64,000 bases of DNA from Octopus vulgaris (GCA_951406725.2 OX597816.1:46314001-46378000); one strand, 5' to 3'; shown: positions 39,985-53,873, counted from the stretch's first letter. Numbers and translations: made by a program. Notes: generated by a model not told the origin, from the sequence alone.

Positions 39985-40635
39985 ATCATCTCCTTCTCAG
40001 CAATACACCCGTCCCAGCGTTCCTACCACTTTTGAAATCCAACCTGGAATTCGTTTTCCGTATGCAAGTCGAGGGCCTTCTGCGATTCGCTCTTGATTCG
40101 ACAACGGTGATAGAATGGCGATATTTGAGCTGCATTTTCATTGGGGGGTGGGGGTAGGAATGGAAGTCCGCAGGTGCTAAAACTGGCGAATAGGGCTTGT
40201 GCAGAAGTGATACCATATTGTTTTTGGCGAGAGACTTACGAGTGAGCTTGCTTGCCTGCTTGCTTGAGACAGCATTCACCCGGGGTGGGTTGAGCTGGCT
40301 TCATTCATCCTCAATGCTACATCTCTCACAAACGCCGACCAGGCCTGGCGATTTGAGGCTAACAACCGCGTGATCTCCAACCACTCCCTATTCCAGCGGC
40401 GAACGCCGTAGACATGGGGGCCTAGGTTGGGTTCCAGATCAGCCTTGACTGTCATCAGCCAGATTTTTCGTTGTCCACCACATCGCTTTCGCTAACCCTG
40501 AAGGAGAGCTGGGGCAATTGCTTCGTAGATGAATTCTCCTGTCTGACGACGGAGAGCATGACCCAGCCACGAGTGAGCAGAGCTCGGTGACAGGGTGCAT
40601 TGTCGTCATGAAAAATCCAAATATTCGCGGACGTT
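39985..40635 (-). pseudogene. Second mariner transposase fragment, interrupted by an RTE element
   Basis: WIFHDDNAPCHRA (40580-40620) continues as ..LTRKSLAKNNMVSLLHKPYSPVLAPADF. Confidence 0.8.
40248..40568 (-). mobile_element. 5'-truncated RTE-clade LINE
   Basis: WLGHALRR..G*RKRCGGQRKIW..VKADLE..LASNRQAWSAFVRD; (CAAG)n tail; 10-bp TSD acgagtgagc at 40238-40247 and 40569-40578. Confidence 0.85.
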
Positions 40636-41054
40636 AGGATTACCTATACGGACCCATACGACAGACTAGCATCAACAATGTCACTGATTCTCCTCCCATT
40701 TTGCTGAGGTCGATTTTGCCTTTCTTCCTTTTAGAATCAATAAGATATGTACCATTTGAGCACTGGGTTCGACGTATTACTTACTCCTTACCCTGAAATT
40801 GCTGGCCTTGTACCAATATTTCAAATCAATATTTTAACGTAATTTCGCCGACTTACAGTCGTAAAGTCTTAGAACTCAGTCAGTTTCTTTCCATCTTTAT
40901 TCCGACACATGTGCGTGAGCACACATATATTTCCACTTGAATAATTAGATATTTTAAATGTTTGAGTCATTAAGTGGAATTTGGATAACAAGAATAAGGG
41001 TTGCGTGTTGAACTTTAGAAAGTTTTACATATTTTTATTGTTTCATATTATATG

Positions 41055-41423
41055 TAGCCGTGTGGTATGTAGCTTGCCCGATCCAACCACATGGTTCCGG
41101 GTTCAGCCCCATTGCGTGGCACCTTGGGCAAGTGTCTTCTACTATAGCCTTGTGAGTGGATTTGGTAGACAGAAACTGAAAGAAGCTCGTCGTATATATA
41201 TAAATATATATATATGTGTGTGTATATGTTTGACTGTCTGTGTTTGTCCCCCCAACATCACTTGTCAACCGATGCTGGTGTGTTTACGTCCCCATCACTT
41301 AGCGGTTCGGCAAGAGAGACCGATAGAATAAGTACTAGGCTAAGGAATCCTGGGGTCGAATTCCTCGACTAAAGGCGGTGCTCCAGCATGGCCGCAGTCA
41401 AAATGACAAACAAATAAAAGAAT
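41055..41423 (+). mobile_element. SINE family B
   Basis: Homologous to family B; an extra tail fragment lies at 41675-41830. Confidence 0.85.
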
Positions 41424-42613
41424 ATGTTTTAGCTTGTCAGTGCCTTAAAAGGCAAACTTTTTGGAATTGTCATTTAGACGTATACTATCATATCCAATAA
41501 CCCCAATAATTATTGGTATAAATGTGAATTTGTAACGTAGTAAAGCAATTCATATACAATCATAGGAGCCAGCTACCTTCTAGATATGAGCATTTCCCCC
41601 AAAATTGATGAGAAAGAGAATATTAAATGACTATTGCTTCATAACATGCTTTACTACGTTACAAATTCACATGTTGGGGTGTTTACATCCCCGTAACTTA
41701 GCGGTTCGGCAAAAAGAGACCGATATAATAAGTACTAGGCTTACAAAGAACAAGTCCTGGGGTCGATTTATTCGACTAAAGGTCATGCTCCAGCATGGCC
41801 GCAGTCAAATGACTAAAACAAGTAAAAGAGTATATAACACAAGGACTATTAGTGGAATATTCTTATAAAATCGTCCGCAAAATGCAAGGGTGGCAGTCCT
41901 GATATAGGTGTTGTGGAAGAAAACAAATTACGGATAGCACTGCGTATTGTTTTAGCAACAACATCTGATGTATGTATGTTTTACATGTGTGTGTGTGTTG
42001 TGGTGCATTGCATGTGGTGTATTGCATGTGTGTGCTTGTGGTTTAATGTATATGAATTTTTCTTTTCTCTCCTCGATTTTCTTTTTTTTTTTTTCCATGA
42101 CAACATTTTCCTGCTTTTCGCTTTGTAATCAAACATCTTTCAACTTTAGTCAGAAGGAATGAATCACAAGAGAAATAGAAATGGAAAACTGTAAAGACAA
42201 CTGAACCCAAACGAAAACTGACAATGAACTTGAATTCACGTGGTAGGGCAATGTCATGCTATATTGTTAAGTCCACGCGATCTCACAATGTCAAGTGAGA
42301 TCTTCAGCTTAACATTAATCGCTGTTTAAAGCAAAGAAGGCCACGCAGACTAAAACTGAATGAATAAACAAATAGATAAAGTGGTTAATCATAAATAAAT
42401 ATTACTAATTCTGGCAGAAAGCCACGCATTTTGTTATCAAGGACGTCACGAATCCTGTTAATTGATTATTGACATGGGCCAGCGGTTCTCAAACTTACTT
42501 ACTGCAGAAACCCCAATACAGCCATTAAAATAACAACAAGAACAACAACAACAACAACAACGACGACGACGATGATGATGATGATGATAATAATAATAAT
42601 AATATTAATAATG

Positions 42614-42651
<38 letters not shown>

Positions 42652-42885
42652 CTTTCCCCAAGGGACGAACACAAAACAAAAAGGGGCAATGCAACACAAG
42701 GGAGAAGTGGGGCTTAACACAAAAATTTCAAGGAGGCTAGTCGATTACATCGACCTCAGTATTCCACTGGTACTTATTTAATTGATCCCGAAGGGATGAA
42801 AGATGAAATCGATCTCTGTGAAATTTGAACTCAGAACGTACATACAAATGAAATGCCGCTAAGTATTTCGCTCGGCGTGCTAACG
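42652..42885 (-). mobile_element. SINE family A, head truncated at (TAA)n
   Basis: Homologous to family A. Confidence 0.7.
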
Positions 42886-42936
<51 letters not shown>

Positions 42937-42939
42937 TAT

Positions 42940-43483
42940 AATGATAGCGACATGCCAGATGAACAAAAAGCAATCTACGAAAGAATAAATGTAAGACTAC
43001 AGGAGAACGATTGCGACATTATTTGCAAAGATTGATCGATGGAAATTGAACCAAGAAACGAAAAATGTCAATGAAATTCTGAAATACATCAGAACAAACA
43101 TCACAGAAACAAATAATTTGATCAAGGCAGCAAGTATTGTTGTAGCAGAAAATGTGGGTGTCGATGTCAAGAAAAAGAAACATAATGGGAGTGGCAAAAG
43201 AAAAGATCCATGGTGGAAAAGAAGAATCCAGGCAAGGATAGAAATCTCTGTGTTAGACCGAAAAGAGAAAAAGGAGCTTAAAAGCGAACAAATATACAGG
43301 GCGCTGAAAAGGAAGTATAATATTGAAAGAAAGGGCTTGAATGTAGTAGTGGAGGAACTGAAACGGCGCCTCGTTGCAAAGATGGTAAGATACGACCAAA
43401 GAATGAAGGGTTACCACCAGAATAGGTTATTCAGAGTAGATCAGAAGAAATTCTATATGGAGGATGTACAGATGAAAAGTTGA
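42940..43483 (+). mobile_element. R4/Dong-like non-LTR fragment (pre-RT region)
   Basis: ORF 43046-43483: ITETNNLIKAASIVVAE..DPWWKRRIQ..VVEELKRRL..YHQNRLFRVDQKKFY; abuts (TAA)n. Confidence 0.75.
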
Positions 43484-43484
43484 T

Positions 43485-43630
43485 ACGCAACTGGAACTTA
43501 ATTTATCAACTCCGAAAGGATGAAAGGCAAAGTCGACCTCGGCGGAATTTGAACTCAGAACGTAAAGACAGACGAAATACCTCTAAGCATTTCGCCCGGC
43601 ATGCTAACGTTTCTACTAGCTCGCCACCTT
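43485..43630 (-). mobile_element. SINE family A 5' part
   Basis: Homologous to family A. Confidence 0.8.
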
Positions 43631-43688
43631 ATAACTAAAGGATATTATCACTTCTGCGTCCAAATTTTCCCTGCATGTGTATATGTTG

Positions 43689-44110
43689 AGGCGTAGACGT
43701 GGTTGTATGGCAAGTAGTTTGCTTTCCAACCAGATGGTTCTGGGTTCAGTCCCGCTGCGTGGCACTTGGGGCATGTATCTTCTACTATAACGTCGGGCCG
43801 ACCAAAGCAATGTGACTGGATTTGCTAGTTGGAAACTAAGAAGCTCGTCGACTTTATGTATATATGTATGTGTGTGCATGTCTTTGTGTATGTATTTAAC
43901 CCCTCCCCCTCCGCACACACACACCGCTCGACAACTGTTATTGGTTTGTTTACGTCCCTGTAACCAAGAGATCCTGTAAAAGTGTCTGATAGAATAAGTA
44001 TCATGCTTTAAATAGGATAAGTACTGGGATCGCTTTGTTTGTCTAAACTGTTCAGGGCGGTGCTCCAGCATGACCGCAGACCAATGACTGAAACAAATGG
44101 AAAGTAAAAG
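43689..44110 (+). mobile_element. SINE family B (diverged)
   Basis: Homologous to family B. Confidence 0.75.
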
Positions 44111-44774
44111 ATATATAGTCAATTCAAATAAACAATCAATTCAAATAAGCAAATAAAATTAACGAACAACGAGCGGATGTGCACAAGGAATGTACCAGCT
44201 TGACGCTCGGTGGAAAGAGTGAGTTTGACGTTTCGAGCATAGCTCTTCGTGGGAAAGGAAAAAAAGGAAAACTGTTAATGGGGAAAAGAAATCGCCAACA
44301 GCATGTTTGTAGTTAGACACATACACACACCACATATATATATATATTTATGTATCTATGTATGCATGCATGCACACACATATACATGCATGTCTATATA
44401 TTTTTTATTCAAAGTACCGCTTTGCTGCATTGAAAATGTATTTAATGATTAATGTTGTGTGAACCAGATGGCATATGTTTTTATAGGTTTCTGCACCAGC
44501 TGAGCTTCTATAAATATGGATGTGCATGTGTGCGTGTGTGTGTGTCATCTGCACCAGATGCAATATGTTAAATTCAACTGCTTAAGTGTCGTCTGCACAT
44601 ATCAAAACACCTCTTCCAGAGAATGGGCGTGTCACAATTAATCATCGCGCAAAAATACGAATGAATAAATTAATGAAATAAGAAAGTAGGGAAAAGATGA
44701 CATATTCGTAAGTATCTAAACTAATAGGATACCAAGTAATAAACGTACTGGAGTCTGATAAAGACCTTATCTTT

Positions 44775-44993
44775 ATCTTTTCCTTGCTTCAGTCATTAGA
44801 CCGCGACCATGCTGGAGCACCGCTTTGAAGAGCTTTTAGTCGAATAAATCATCTCAAGTATTTATTTATTTATTATATAAAATGTGATACTTATTCTAAC
44901 CGCAACTTTTTGTCGAACCGCTAAGTTACGGGGACGTAAACACACCAGCACTGGTTGCCAAGCGGTCGTGGGAGGAGAAACACAGACGCAAAG

Positions 44994-45024
<31 letters not shown>

Positions 45025-45208
45025 GACGCACGCACACATATATACGGCGGACTTCTTTCGGTTTCCGTCTACAAGATCCGCTTACAAGGCTTTGGTCATC
45101 TTGAGGCTTATAATAGAAGACACTCGCCCAAGGTGCCACGCAGCGAGACTGAACCAGAAATCATGTGGTTCGGAAGCAAGCTTCTTACCACACAGTCACG
45201 CCTGCACT
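44775..45208 (-). mobile_element. SINE family B
   Basis: Homologous to family B. Confidence 0.8.
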
Positions 45209-45217
45209 TATATCATA

Positions 45218-45434
45218 CGAGGGGGCGCTGAAAAGTTTCTGGCTTTAGGTAAAAGAAAATACAGGAGGATCAGTTGATTATGATTTTATCCAACATATTC
45301 CCCTCTCAGATTCACACTCTTATTGCAGTGGCCCTTCAGTTTTTCTAAGCCCTGTAAAAGAGCATGGGAGGGTGAGCCTCCAACTAGACCTTTCACAATG
45401 CGTTTAAAGCCAGGAACTTTTCAGCACCTGCTTG
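45218..45434. mobile_element. Mariner-derived MITE
   Basis: TA flanks, TIRs, and homology to 33538-33755. Confidence 0.8.
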
Positions 45435-46026
45435 TATATACTCCGATTCAAATTTGAAAACGAAAACTTTATATTCGTTGTTCTATATAATATGAAATTA
45501 GGAGTGCTTTACAGTTAACTGTTGTTGGTGGTGGATGAACGTATCTAGATATTATCTTTGAATCACATTTCCTTTTTTTCTTTTCTTTTTCATATTATCG
45601 CATAATTAAAACTTTTAAACATTGTAACAGCATTTTCCCGTTGTTAGGGTTTGCCTCTCATTCTTTTCCTTGTTGTTCGTTTGTTTATGAATGACCTCGT
45701 TAAAAATGTCGTTAATGATAACACTGATAATAATGCTAATAGATGATAATCAACGGCGTTAATGGAAGGAAATTAGTAATGACAATAATAATAACGGTGG
45801 TGGTGGTGGTGGTTTTTTTTATATATTTGCTCTAAGGGCTGAAAGAAAAGCAAAGTCAGGAACAAAATAACCAAAAAAAAAAAAAAGCCACAAAATGTAA
45901 CATAATGGGTAGGGGTGTTACATGGGTCGTGTAAAAATTTTATCAAAACAACAAATAACAAAATATCAGCAAACAAAATTCCGCATAGGGGTAACCAATG
46001 AACCCCACAAATGAAGAAGGGCCCCT

Positions 46027-46438
46027 GGATCTTTTCGGTTTGAACGGCAGTTTTTAACATAATTTCTAGGTAACTAAAAAATTTTAAACTTCGTATACTG
46101 GTAGAATGTGTTTATAAAACATCTTTTTCTCTTGGCTTTATTGAGAAAATTCTATAGTTTGTAAGATATTTGTTGTTTTTTTTCCTGCAATTTCAACCAA
46201 TCAATGACGTCTATTGAGGTAAAAAAAAACATTCTGTGCCGTATGAACATGTCCCTCGTTTAAGAAACAGATTGGGTTTATTTACATTTGCGAAGAAAAC
46301 AAGATACCCTTCTTCACACCCCTAACCCTAACCCTAAAAAAGATTGAAATGCAATAGATCGATACTAGGGTCATAATTATGGGTGACAATTTCATATGAC
46401 ACCGCTAGAAAAAACTGCCGTTCAAACCGAAAAGATCC
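46027..46438. mobile_element. Merlin-like MITE
   Basis: Perfect 29-bp TIR GGATCTTTTCGGTTTGAACGGCAGTTTTT; perfect 8-bp TSD gggcccct (46019-46026 and 46439-46446). Confidence 0.85.
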
Positions 46439-46479
46439 GGGCCCCTCTCCATTTCGTTTTTATTCCATCGTAGAGTCGG

Positions 46480-46545
46480 ATTTTTAATCCATGCTTTATG
46501 GATAATTTGCAGAAATCCCTGGCTTGGCAGTGCTATCGTGGAGAT
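46480..46545 (+). mobile_element. Tiny Tx1-like ORF2 fragment
   Basis: MDNLQKSLAWQCYRG aligns with MGKF*KSLTCQYFR at 510-552. Confidence 0.45.
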
Positions 46546-47054
46546 ATACACTATAGATATAATATGGTTGTTTTTGTCTTGGCTGTTGTTGGATTTCTGT
46601 GTTTACTGGTTTTTCTCTTCTGTGAGTGTTCTTCGTTGTTGCATTGGAATGTTTTCTTTTTACTCATGTTATTGAAAGTGTGTTTGTTTTATACATTTAG
46701 CGTTGTTTGGGATCGATACGGAGTTGGGGCAGTTTTGCGTTTTGTTCCTTTTCTTTTTCCTTTCTTTTTTTTTTCTTCAGTTACTTTTTTTTTTCTTTTT
46801 GCTTTTCTTGCCCTCTCACCTTCTCATCACCAAAGTTATGGTCGGAAAACTCCGACTCGGATGGCGGTGAGGGCCAATTTTTCTTGTGTACGTATGCTTG
46901 TGTATTATGCATGTAGGCGCACGGGCAGAAGGGGCAGGGAATGCTAGTACTGAATTCGGATATCCCCTGCGTATTACTTGTTTTGTTATATTCATTATTT
47001 TAACCTCCTCAGTTGTTAGTGCCAACAAATTTGATGTTCGTGTTGCTGCTCCCT

Positions 47055-47517
47055 CTTCTTCCAATCAGAACTCACGCCATTAGCCACAAAGAATAATCTC
47101 TAATTCGAGCCTACTCTAAGCTACTAAGAATGCGTGTGGCAACTTGAAGATCCACCCACCATACGCGATAGACTTGCGGTTGCACGGGCGCCAAAGCTAC
47201 GTTGTTATCCTCATTCCGTAAACGGTGGCTTTTTAACGGATGGAGAGCTGAACCATCCTGGGGTACAGAGGATTCGCAATCTAGACTAGGGTCTCAAAGT
47301 TTACCACACCATAGTGGGTTACATCATGGTTCCTCTGCTTTGAGGTAGAAGTAGGAAGAAAGAGTGAGAGGAAGTTGTGAAAGAGTACAGCGGGGTTCAC
47401 CTACCCCCCACCGGAGCCTCGTGGAGCCTAGGTGTTTTTGCCCAATAAACACAATGCCCGGTCTGGGAATCGAAACCGCGAGTCCGCTGCCCTAACCACA
47501 AGGCCATTGCGCCTCCA
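47055..47517 (-). mobile_element. SINE head family C with long tail type 3
   Basis: Homologous to 26305-26785; gtgttgctgct repeated on both flanks. Confidence 0.85.
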
Positions 47518-47929
47518 CTGGTGTTGCTGCTGTTACAGGTTCCACAGTTTCTGCTGTAATTGTAGGTGATATCTTCGTTGCTGTTGTTGATGTTGGTACA
47601 GATGTTGGGTGCTATTGTGGCTCACGTATTCCTTGTTACTACTGTTACTACTGCTGTTGTTACACACTGTTGGTGGTGGTGTTACAGAAACAATGCCGGC
47701 ATCAGTGAGGTCATTTCCCCTTTACTGTTTTGGCTGTGTGGGCAAGAAGTTCTGAGATGGTAATTTGTCTCACACACGTGACATCGCAGTGGGTTTTCCC
47801 TTCACAATTACTCGCTGTTCCATCCCATTCAGCACGTCTTTTAACCGCCAAAATTAGATGCTTTAATTAAAAAGTAAGATGTTTGTTTGGCAAGCAAAGA
47901 AATTGTTGCTGCTGTTGCCATCGTCGTCG

Positions 47930-48140
47930 AAGGCGGTGAGCTAGTTGAATCGTTATCACAGCGGGCAAAATGCTTAGCGGCATTTCATCTGTTGTTACGT
48001 TCTCAATTCAAATTCCGCCGAGGTCGACTTTACCCTTCATCTTTCGGGGTCAAAGAAATGAGTACTACTTGATCACTGGCGATAATGTAATCGAGTAGCC
48101 TCTTTTCCCCCAAGATCTCAGACCTTGCGTCTATAACAGA
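47930..48140 (+). mobile_element. SINE family A (diverged)
   Basis: Homologous to family A. Confidence 0.7.
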
Positions 48141-48822
48141 ATTAATTAATATTGATTCTTTTTCATAAAATGAATCCCTGATACAGATTTAGCTCCTGCA
48201 TAGAACCTCCATTTTTATTTGATCAAAGTTAAATATTTTACAGCACGAACGTCATGACCTTCTACTTAACTTCCTACATCGATTCCAGTACTTAACAAAT
48301 TGGGCAAAAATCATCATCATCATCATCATTATCACCATCATCATCATCATCATCGTCGTCGTCGTCGTCATCATTATATATTTTATTATTTTTAAGCAAA
48401 CGGTATCAAAAATGTGCTGGTTCAAGATAATTTGGCGTGAATCTGGCATCTCCATTACATTAAATTAGTAAGTAATCTCAAGAAAAATACGTTGACCTTT
48501 GTATAAAGAATTCATAGAATGAGGTGTAATTCGTTTAGGCCTTTAAGCCTTATCTCTTCCTATTTTTATATCGAGTATATAAACAAACCAAGACTGTGAA
48601 TTCTATTAAATAGAGTAGATTTACGTCTCTCAGGCGCAAGAGGCTTTCTTCGCAACCATGTTTCTAGCTTCACGTTCACTTCGCGGCATCTTGGGTGACT
48701 TCTGTTATAGCTTGAGCTTAACCAGTATCTAGTGAGGAGAATGTGGTAGGTGAAAATTATCCAGAAACCTGTCCTATGTAGAATTAACAACTTTTACTAG
48801 ACCACATTCGCAAAACATGTAC

Positions 48823-49196
48823 AGGCGCAGGCGTGGTTGTGTAGTAAGAATTTGCTTCCTAACTGTATGGTTCCGGGTTCAGTTCCACTGCGTGGCAACT
48901 CGGGCAAATATCTTCTATTATAGCCTTGCGCTGATCAAAGACTTGTGAGTGGATTTGGTAGACGGAAACTGAAAGAAACTCATTGTATGTATGTGTGTGT
49001 GTATTTTGTCTGAGTTTTTGACAACCGGTGTTGGTGTGTTTAGGTCTCTATAACTTAGTGGTTCAACAAAAGAGACCGATAGAATAAGTACCGGGCTTAA
49101 CAAAAGAAATAAATACTGGGGTCGACTCATTCGACTAAAAATTCTTCAAGGCAGTGGCTGCAGTCTAATGACTGAAACAAGTAAAAGATAAAAGAG
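48823..49196 (+). mobile_element. SINE family B
   Basis: Homologous to family B. Confidence 0.8.
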
Positions 49197-49533
49197 TTTT
49201 AAAAAATAAAAGTTTGGTTTCTGGATAAAGTTTTTCAAATACTGGGACAACACCGACTTTCCGGACATTGATGGTCCGGAACCGTATATAACCTGCACTA
49301 ATTTACTAGCAGGAACATCATATTCCTTCAGCCACCAGACTTGTGCTGTACACAGATTAGTACCTTGCATAGAACAGTATTAATACACTTGTATCATTTA
49401 CGCTAATGCGCAAGTGCCGGTGTTGCGTATATATCTATATATGTATACATATTTATATATGTATGTATGTATCTATCTATCTATATATGTATGCATATAT
49501 ATCTATATTTGTATGTATATATCTATATATCTA

Positions 49534-49591
<58 letters not shown>

Positions 49592-49594
<3 letters not shown>

Positions 49595-50021
49595 GTTGTT
49601 TGTAAAGTAACGCAACACACTAGAGCATTAAGGAATATATATATATTTAGACACAGTGAATGCTGATTTTTACTCACATATAATTAGAATACAATCAGTG
49701 AAGTAAACGAAGAATCATAATTCATCGCATAATAGTTTTTCACGATATTAACACGTTCTTGTAAAGTGAAAGCAAAACCGACTGATTGAACGCAACAAAT
49801 AGAATTTTGAATTCAACGCAACAAAATGGATTTTGAAAATTCAAAAGTCTAATAATGAGCTCGCCACTAAATACAGATACATTAAAACGGAGTTCCAAGC
49901 GTGATATACTTTCTTAATTTCTTCCTCTCCCATTGATCTCTGGTTTCTCTCCCATCGATCTCTGAGTTAATGATCAAAATACTTTAATGCTGATATGTTG
50001 CGTTACTTTACAAACACTCTG
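49592..50021. mobile_element. Tc1/mariner-type MITE in (TA)n
   Basis: 26-bp TIR CAG..TGTTTGTAAAGTAACGCAACA; TA flanks. Confidence 0.8.
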
Positions 50022-50598
50022 TATATATAACTCACCGTCTTTGCCTGTCTGTCTGTCTCCCTCTCCTCCCCTCTCTCTCTCTCTCTCACACACACACACT
50101 ATCTCTCCAGCTTTTTCTGTTTAAGGGATTTTCTAATCTAATATTTACACACTATAATTTATAGTTTTGTGTGCTTCGAGATCTACAATTCCAAAAACGA
50201 ATTATTTTATGTTCAACAATACATAAGAGAAACTAATATACATTGTTTGTTGTTCACTCATCCGTGTCTTTTGTTCTTTGCACAATTTTCAATCATATGT
50301 ATGTATGCATTCGAAGTTCATCGCATGTCATCTAACAACCTGCTGTGTGTCACCGCTGACTCATATAGCTGCTCCACATCACTGACCTTACGTGAGAGAG
50401 TAACGGGATAGGTACGTGTGTGTACGCACGCGCGAATGCTTTTGTGTGTGAGTGTGTGTCTGCATTCATTGGTTTTGTGGAACGGGAGGAAAATTACTCG
50501 GTTAAAAAAATAATAAGGTAATAGTTTATTCTGGCTAATTCAGGGGTCTAATACTCTGAAATTTACGTGTGTGTGTGTACTCGTGTGCGTGTATGTTT

Positions 50599-50648
<50 letters not shown>

Positions 50649-53374
50649 AATGTGTATATGCATGTATATATATATATATATATATATATGAATGTGTATA
50701 TGCATGTATATATATATATATATATATGAATGTGTATGTGTGTATGCATGTATATATATGAATGTGTGTGTGTATGCATGTATATATATATAATTATGAA
50801 TGCGTGTGTGTGTGTGTGTAAACTAACCGGAAACTCTTCGGGACGCTTCCGTAGATTGTAAATGACAGGTGTTTTGTTTTGTACCTTTTTTCCTCCTTCT
50901 AAATTGAACTGACAGGAACCCCGTCTCGTGACAATTCTCAATAACTGGTTTGTTTTGTAAGACCTTACATTTACAGGATGAAGGAACAGGAAGTTGTTGT
51001 TTTGGTAATTATGTTTTCGAAACTACATTGTTTCCTATAATTAAAACCAGGTTGCTAAATTTGCCCCGTGAGGATATTTCCCAATATCAGGGATCTCCCA
51101 TTAGTCAATATGATACATAAAACATATATTTAGATAAGAAACGATGTACCAAATTTCGTTTCGTTTCATGAATATTTTCTTGTTTTCGAAGTACGACCTG
51201 TTGATTGAAATGACAGAGCGCCGGACTGAATGTCAGTTCTTATATGTATTGCAATTCTGAATTTAAATATTGCTAAGTTAGCGTTCATGAGATCCTGAAT
51301 GGGGGAAGTCGAGAACAGTATTTATTACCGGGTGAAAGATCACGAGCCTGTTGAGATTTATATGGTTCATATTTTATTTGAAGATCTTTTGATCGGTATT
51401 AGGGGGTAGAGAAGTGAGGGAATTATTCCAGAGGTAGCAAAGAAGATCTTGGAACTATGACATATAAGGTGATGTCAAGATGGAGGGAGATGAGCGAGTG
51501 ATGCGTGAGTTTAGGTCAGAAACAGTCGAAACGATATGGATTCAGAAATTTCAATCAGGGATTGAAACCTTAGTCTCAATTTTTCTGCAAGCTACTTTCC
51601 ATTGTTCTCTGCATCTGCATTCAGAATTTGTGAGTGTCGTCTGTCAGATTTCTCATCATCTTAGGGCAAATTCCGTTGAACCCAGATGAACTTAGATGAA
51701 CCCATCCACTTTTTTAAGTATAAATGCCAAACACCTAACTGAACTTCCCTTTCTTTCCTTAGTCATGTCAGAGGCAGCGTCCATCTTATCCTCTCTTTTA
51801 CTTGGTGGCTATCTCAGAGATAGCTCTTTTCTTTCTCTGCTTCCTCTTGGCATCAATGGCATCGTACGAGCCTTACTTACCATCTTCCTTCTTTCACTTA
51901 ATAGTAGGCCTTTCGACAACTACAATGACAAGAGCCGCCCTATTAACAGAACTCTATGTATTTACGCCAACTTGCAAGTTCTGAATATAATCGTATCGGC
52001 TAAATAAAGCCATGTTGGCTTAAAACTAATTCTTACGTCAAATTATTCCAAGAATCCTGAATTTACCAACGTTCAGCCTTTCTTCAAATGCAGCCCTACA
52101 ACAACTATTACATTTGATGAGAACTTGACGCTTCTAACCAGCTCGTTATAACTGGTGAATTATTCAACGTAAATTACCAAATACCAAAAAACTACCAATC
52201 TAACAATTACAAGAAGACTCGTTTTAGCTGGGTCTGTCGAAATTTTTTATTTCTTTTTGTTTTTAATAGACACATTGTTGGAGCATCCCTTGCATGTATT
52301 CATATATTTTAGTTCCAAATAAATATTCATAGATAAGTCTTATATAACATGATATGGCAAGGAGAATTTTTTCTAAGTTTATCTCATGTCATCAGAAAAC
52401 CTTCGGTATGTCACAGCTGACTCATACATCATAGGTGCACCACCACCGGTTTAGTGGGAGAGCGTAACGAACTAGTTCACAGATGTAGTTCTATATACTG
52501 CAGTAGATTCTATTGGTTACATCCATCCACAGCATGAAGAGATCACGAGCGAGTGAAGAAACCTCTATGTGGTCATTCCATCTGCTAGAAATCGCATCCA
52601 AATTTCCTTCAAAATGCCCTCCATCATTTAAAAGCTAAACACCAATTTCACAAATCTCACTAACCTTTCTTATTTTTACTGCTTAGTTTGTGAGATTCGG
52701 ATAGGTGCGCACTGGGTATGATATAACTAACTTATTGCTAACGTCGCCTTCTTTGATAACTTTTTGGTAAATAAATATGCTGGTTGTCTTTATTATTTTT
52801 TTTGTGTGTATTCACTGTACTGTATTGAACAAAATGGCTATGCGGCCCGCGCTCGTCATTGTCTTGGTTATCTGACCCACTGTGAAAAAAGTTTGGTGAC
52901 CCCCTGGTTTAGCTGATCACTGGCACTCGAAAACAACTATGAATTGGGTACCATCTGACGCTAAGCGTTAAAAAGTGCAGACAGGAGATAACTTGGCGGC
53001 GGACATTTCAAAATGACTGGAAGACAGCCGACACTACGTAGAATAGATGTTTAAGTGAAGCAGCCGACCGAATCCGGTTGAGGAAGCTTACTACACTCAA
53101 AGCACTGAGTAGCGAAGGAGGACCGAAAGCCAGAAAAACAACAAAAAAAAAGTAAACGTGGTCTGGAACTACAGTTTACACGTTTTAATACAGAGGCTGT
53201 GAGGATTGAAAAGTTGTTAATGAATTGCCATATATGATAAACATTAACATGAATTTGCTTTTTTAGGTATTTGTCCAACATCACGGCGAAGAAACAAATT
53301 ATATGGACGCAATTTCTATCTTCTTCCTTTCATTAATAAGAGGAAGCGTGCCAATTTTTTTTTTTACTAATATA

Positions 53375-53745
53375 CGCGTATTATTGTGTGGTAAGAAGAT
53401 TGCTTGCCAACAATATGGTTTCGGGTTCAGTCCCACTGCATGGCACCTTGCGCGGGTCTCTTTTCTTATAGCTTCAGGCCGACTAGGGCCTAGTGAGTGG
53501 AGTTGGTAAGCGGAAACTGAAAGAAGACCGTCATATGCATATGTGCGCGCGTGTGTGTGTCTGTCTGTCACCCACCGCTTGTCAACTGATGTTAGTTTGT
53601 TTACGTTTCTGTAAGTTAGAGGTTCAACAAAAGAAACCGATAGCATAAGTACCAATTTTTTTTTTTTTTTTAAATAGATACTAGAATCGATTTGTTTGAC
53701 TAAAACTCCTCCAGCGTGGCCGCAATCCAGCGGCGGAAACAAGAT
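53375..53745 (+). mobile_element. SINE family B (diverged)
   Basis: Homologous to family B. Confidence 0.7.
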
Positions 53746-53824
53746 AATATTTTGTGGGTGTCTTGTAATTGTCAGTTTATGAACTACTCTTGTAATGGAT
53801 TTCGTAAATACAATTTCTTTGCTA

Positions 53825-53873
<49 letters not shown>

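Noticed and set aside
51300-51660. Possible CR1/L2-like and RTE-like LINE scraps on the minus strand
   Set aside because: Only faint motifs (LWN, FK, MQRTME); too degraded to call.
52840-52906. hAT (Charlie)-like terminus aaaagtttggtgaccccctg
   Set aside because: No convincing partner TIR or exact TSD.
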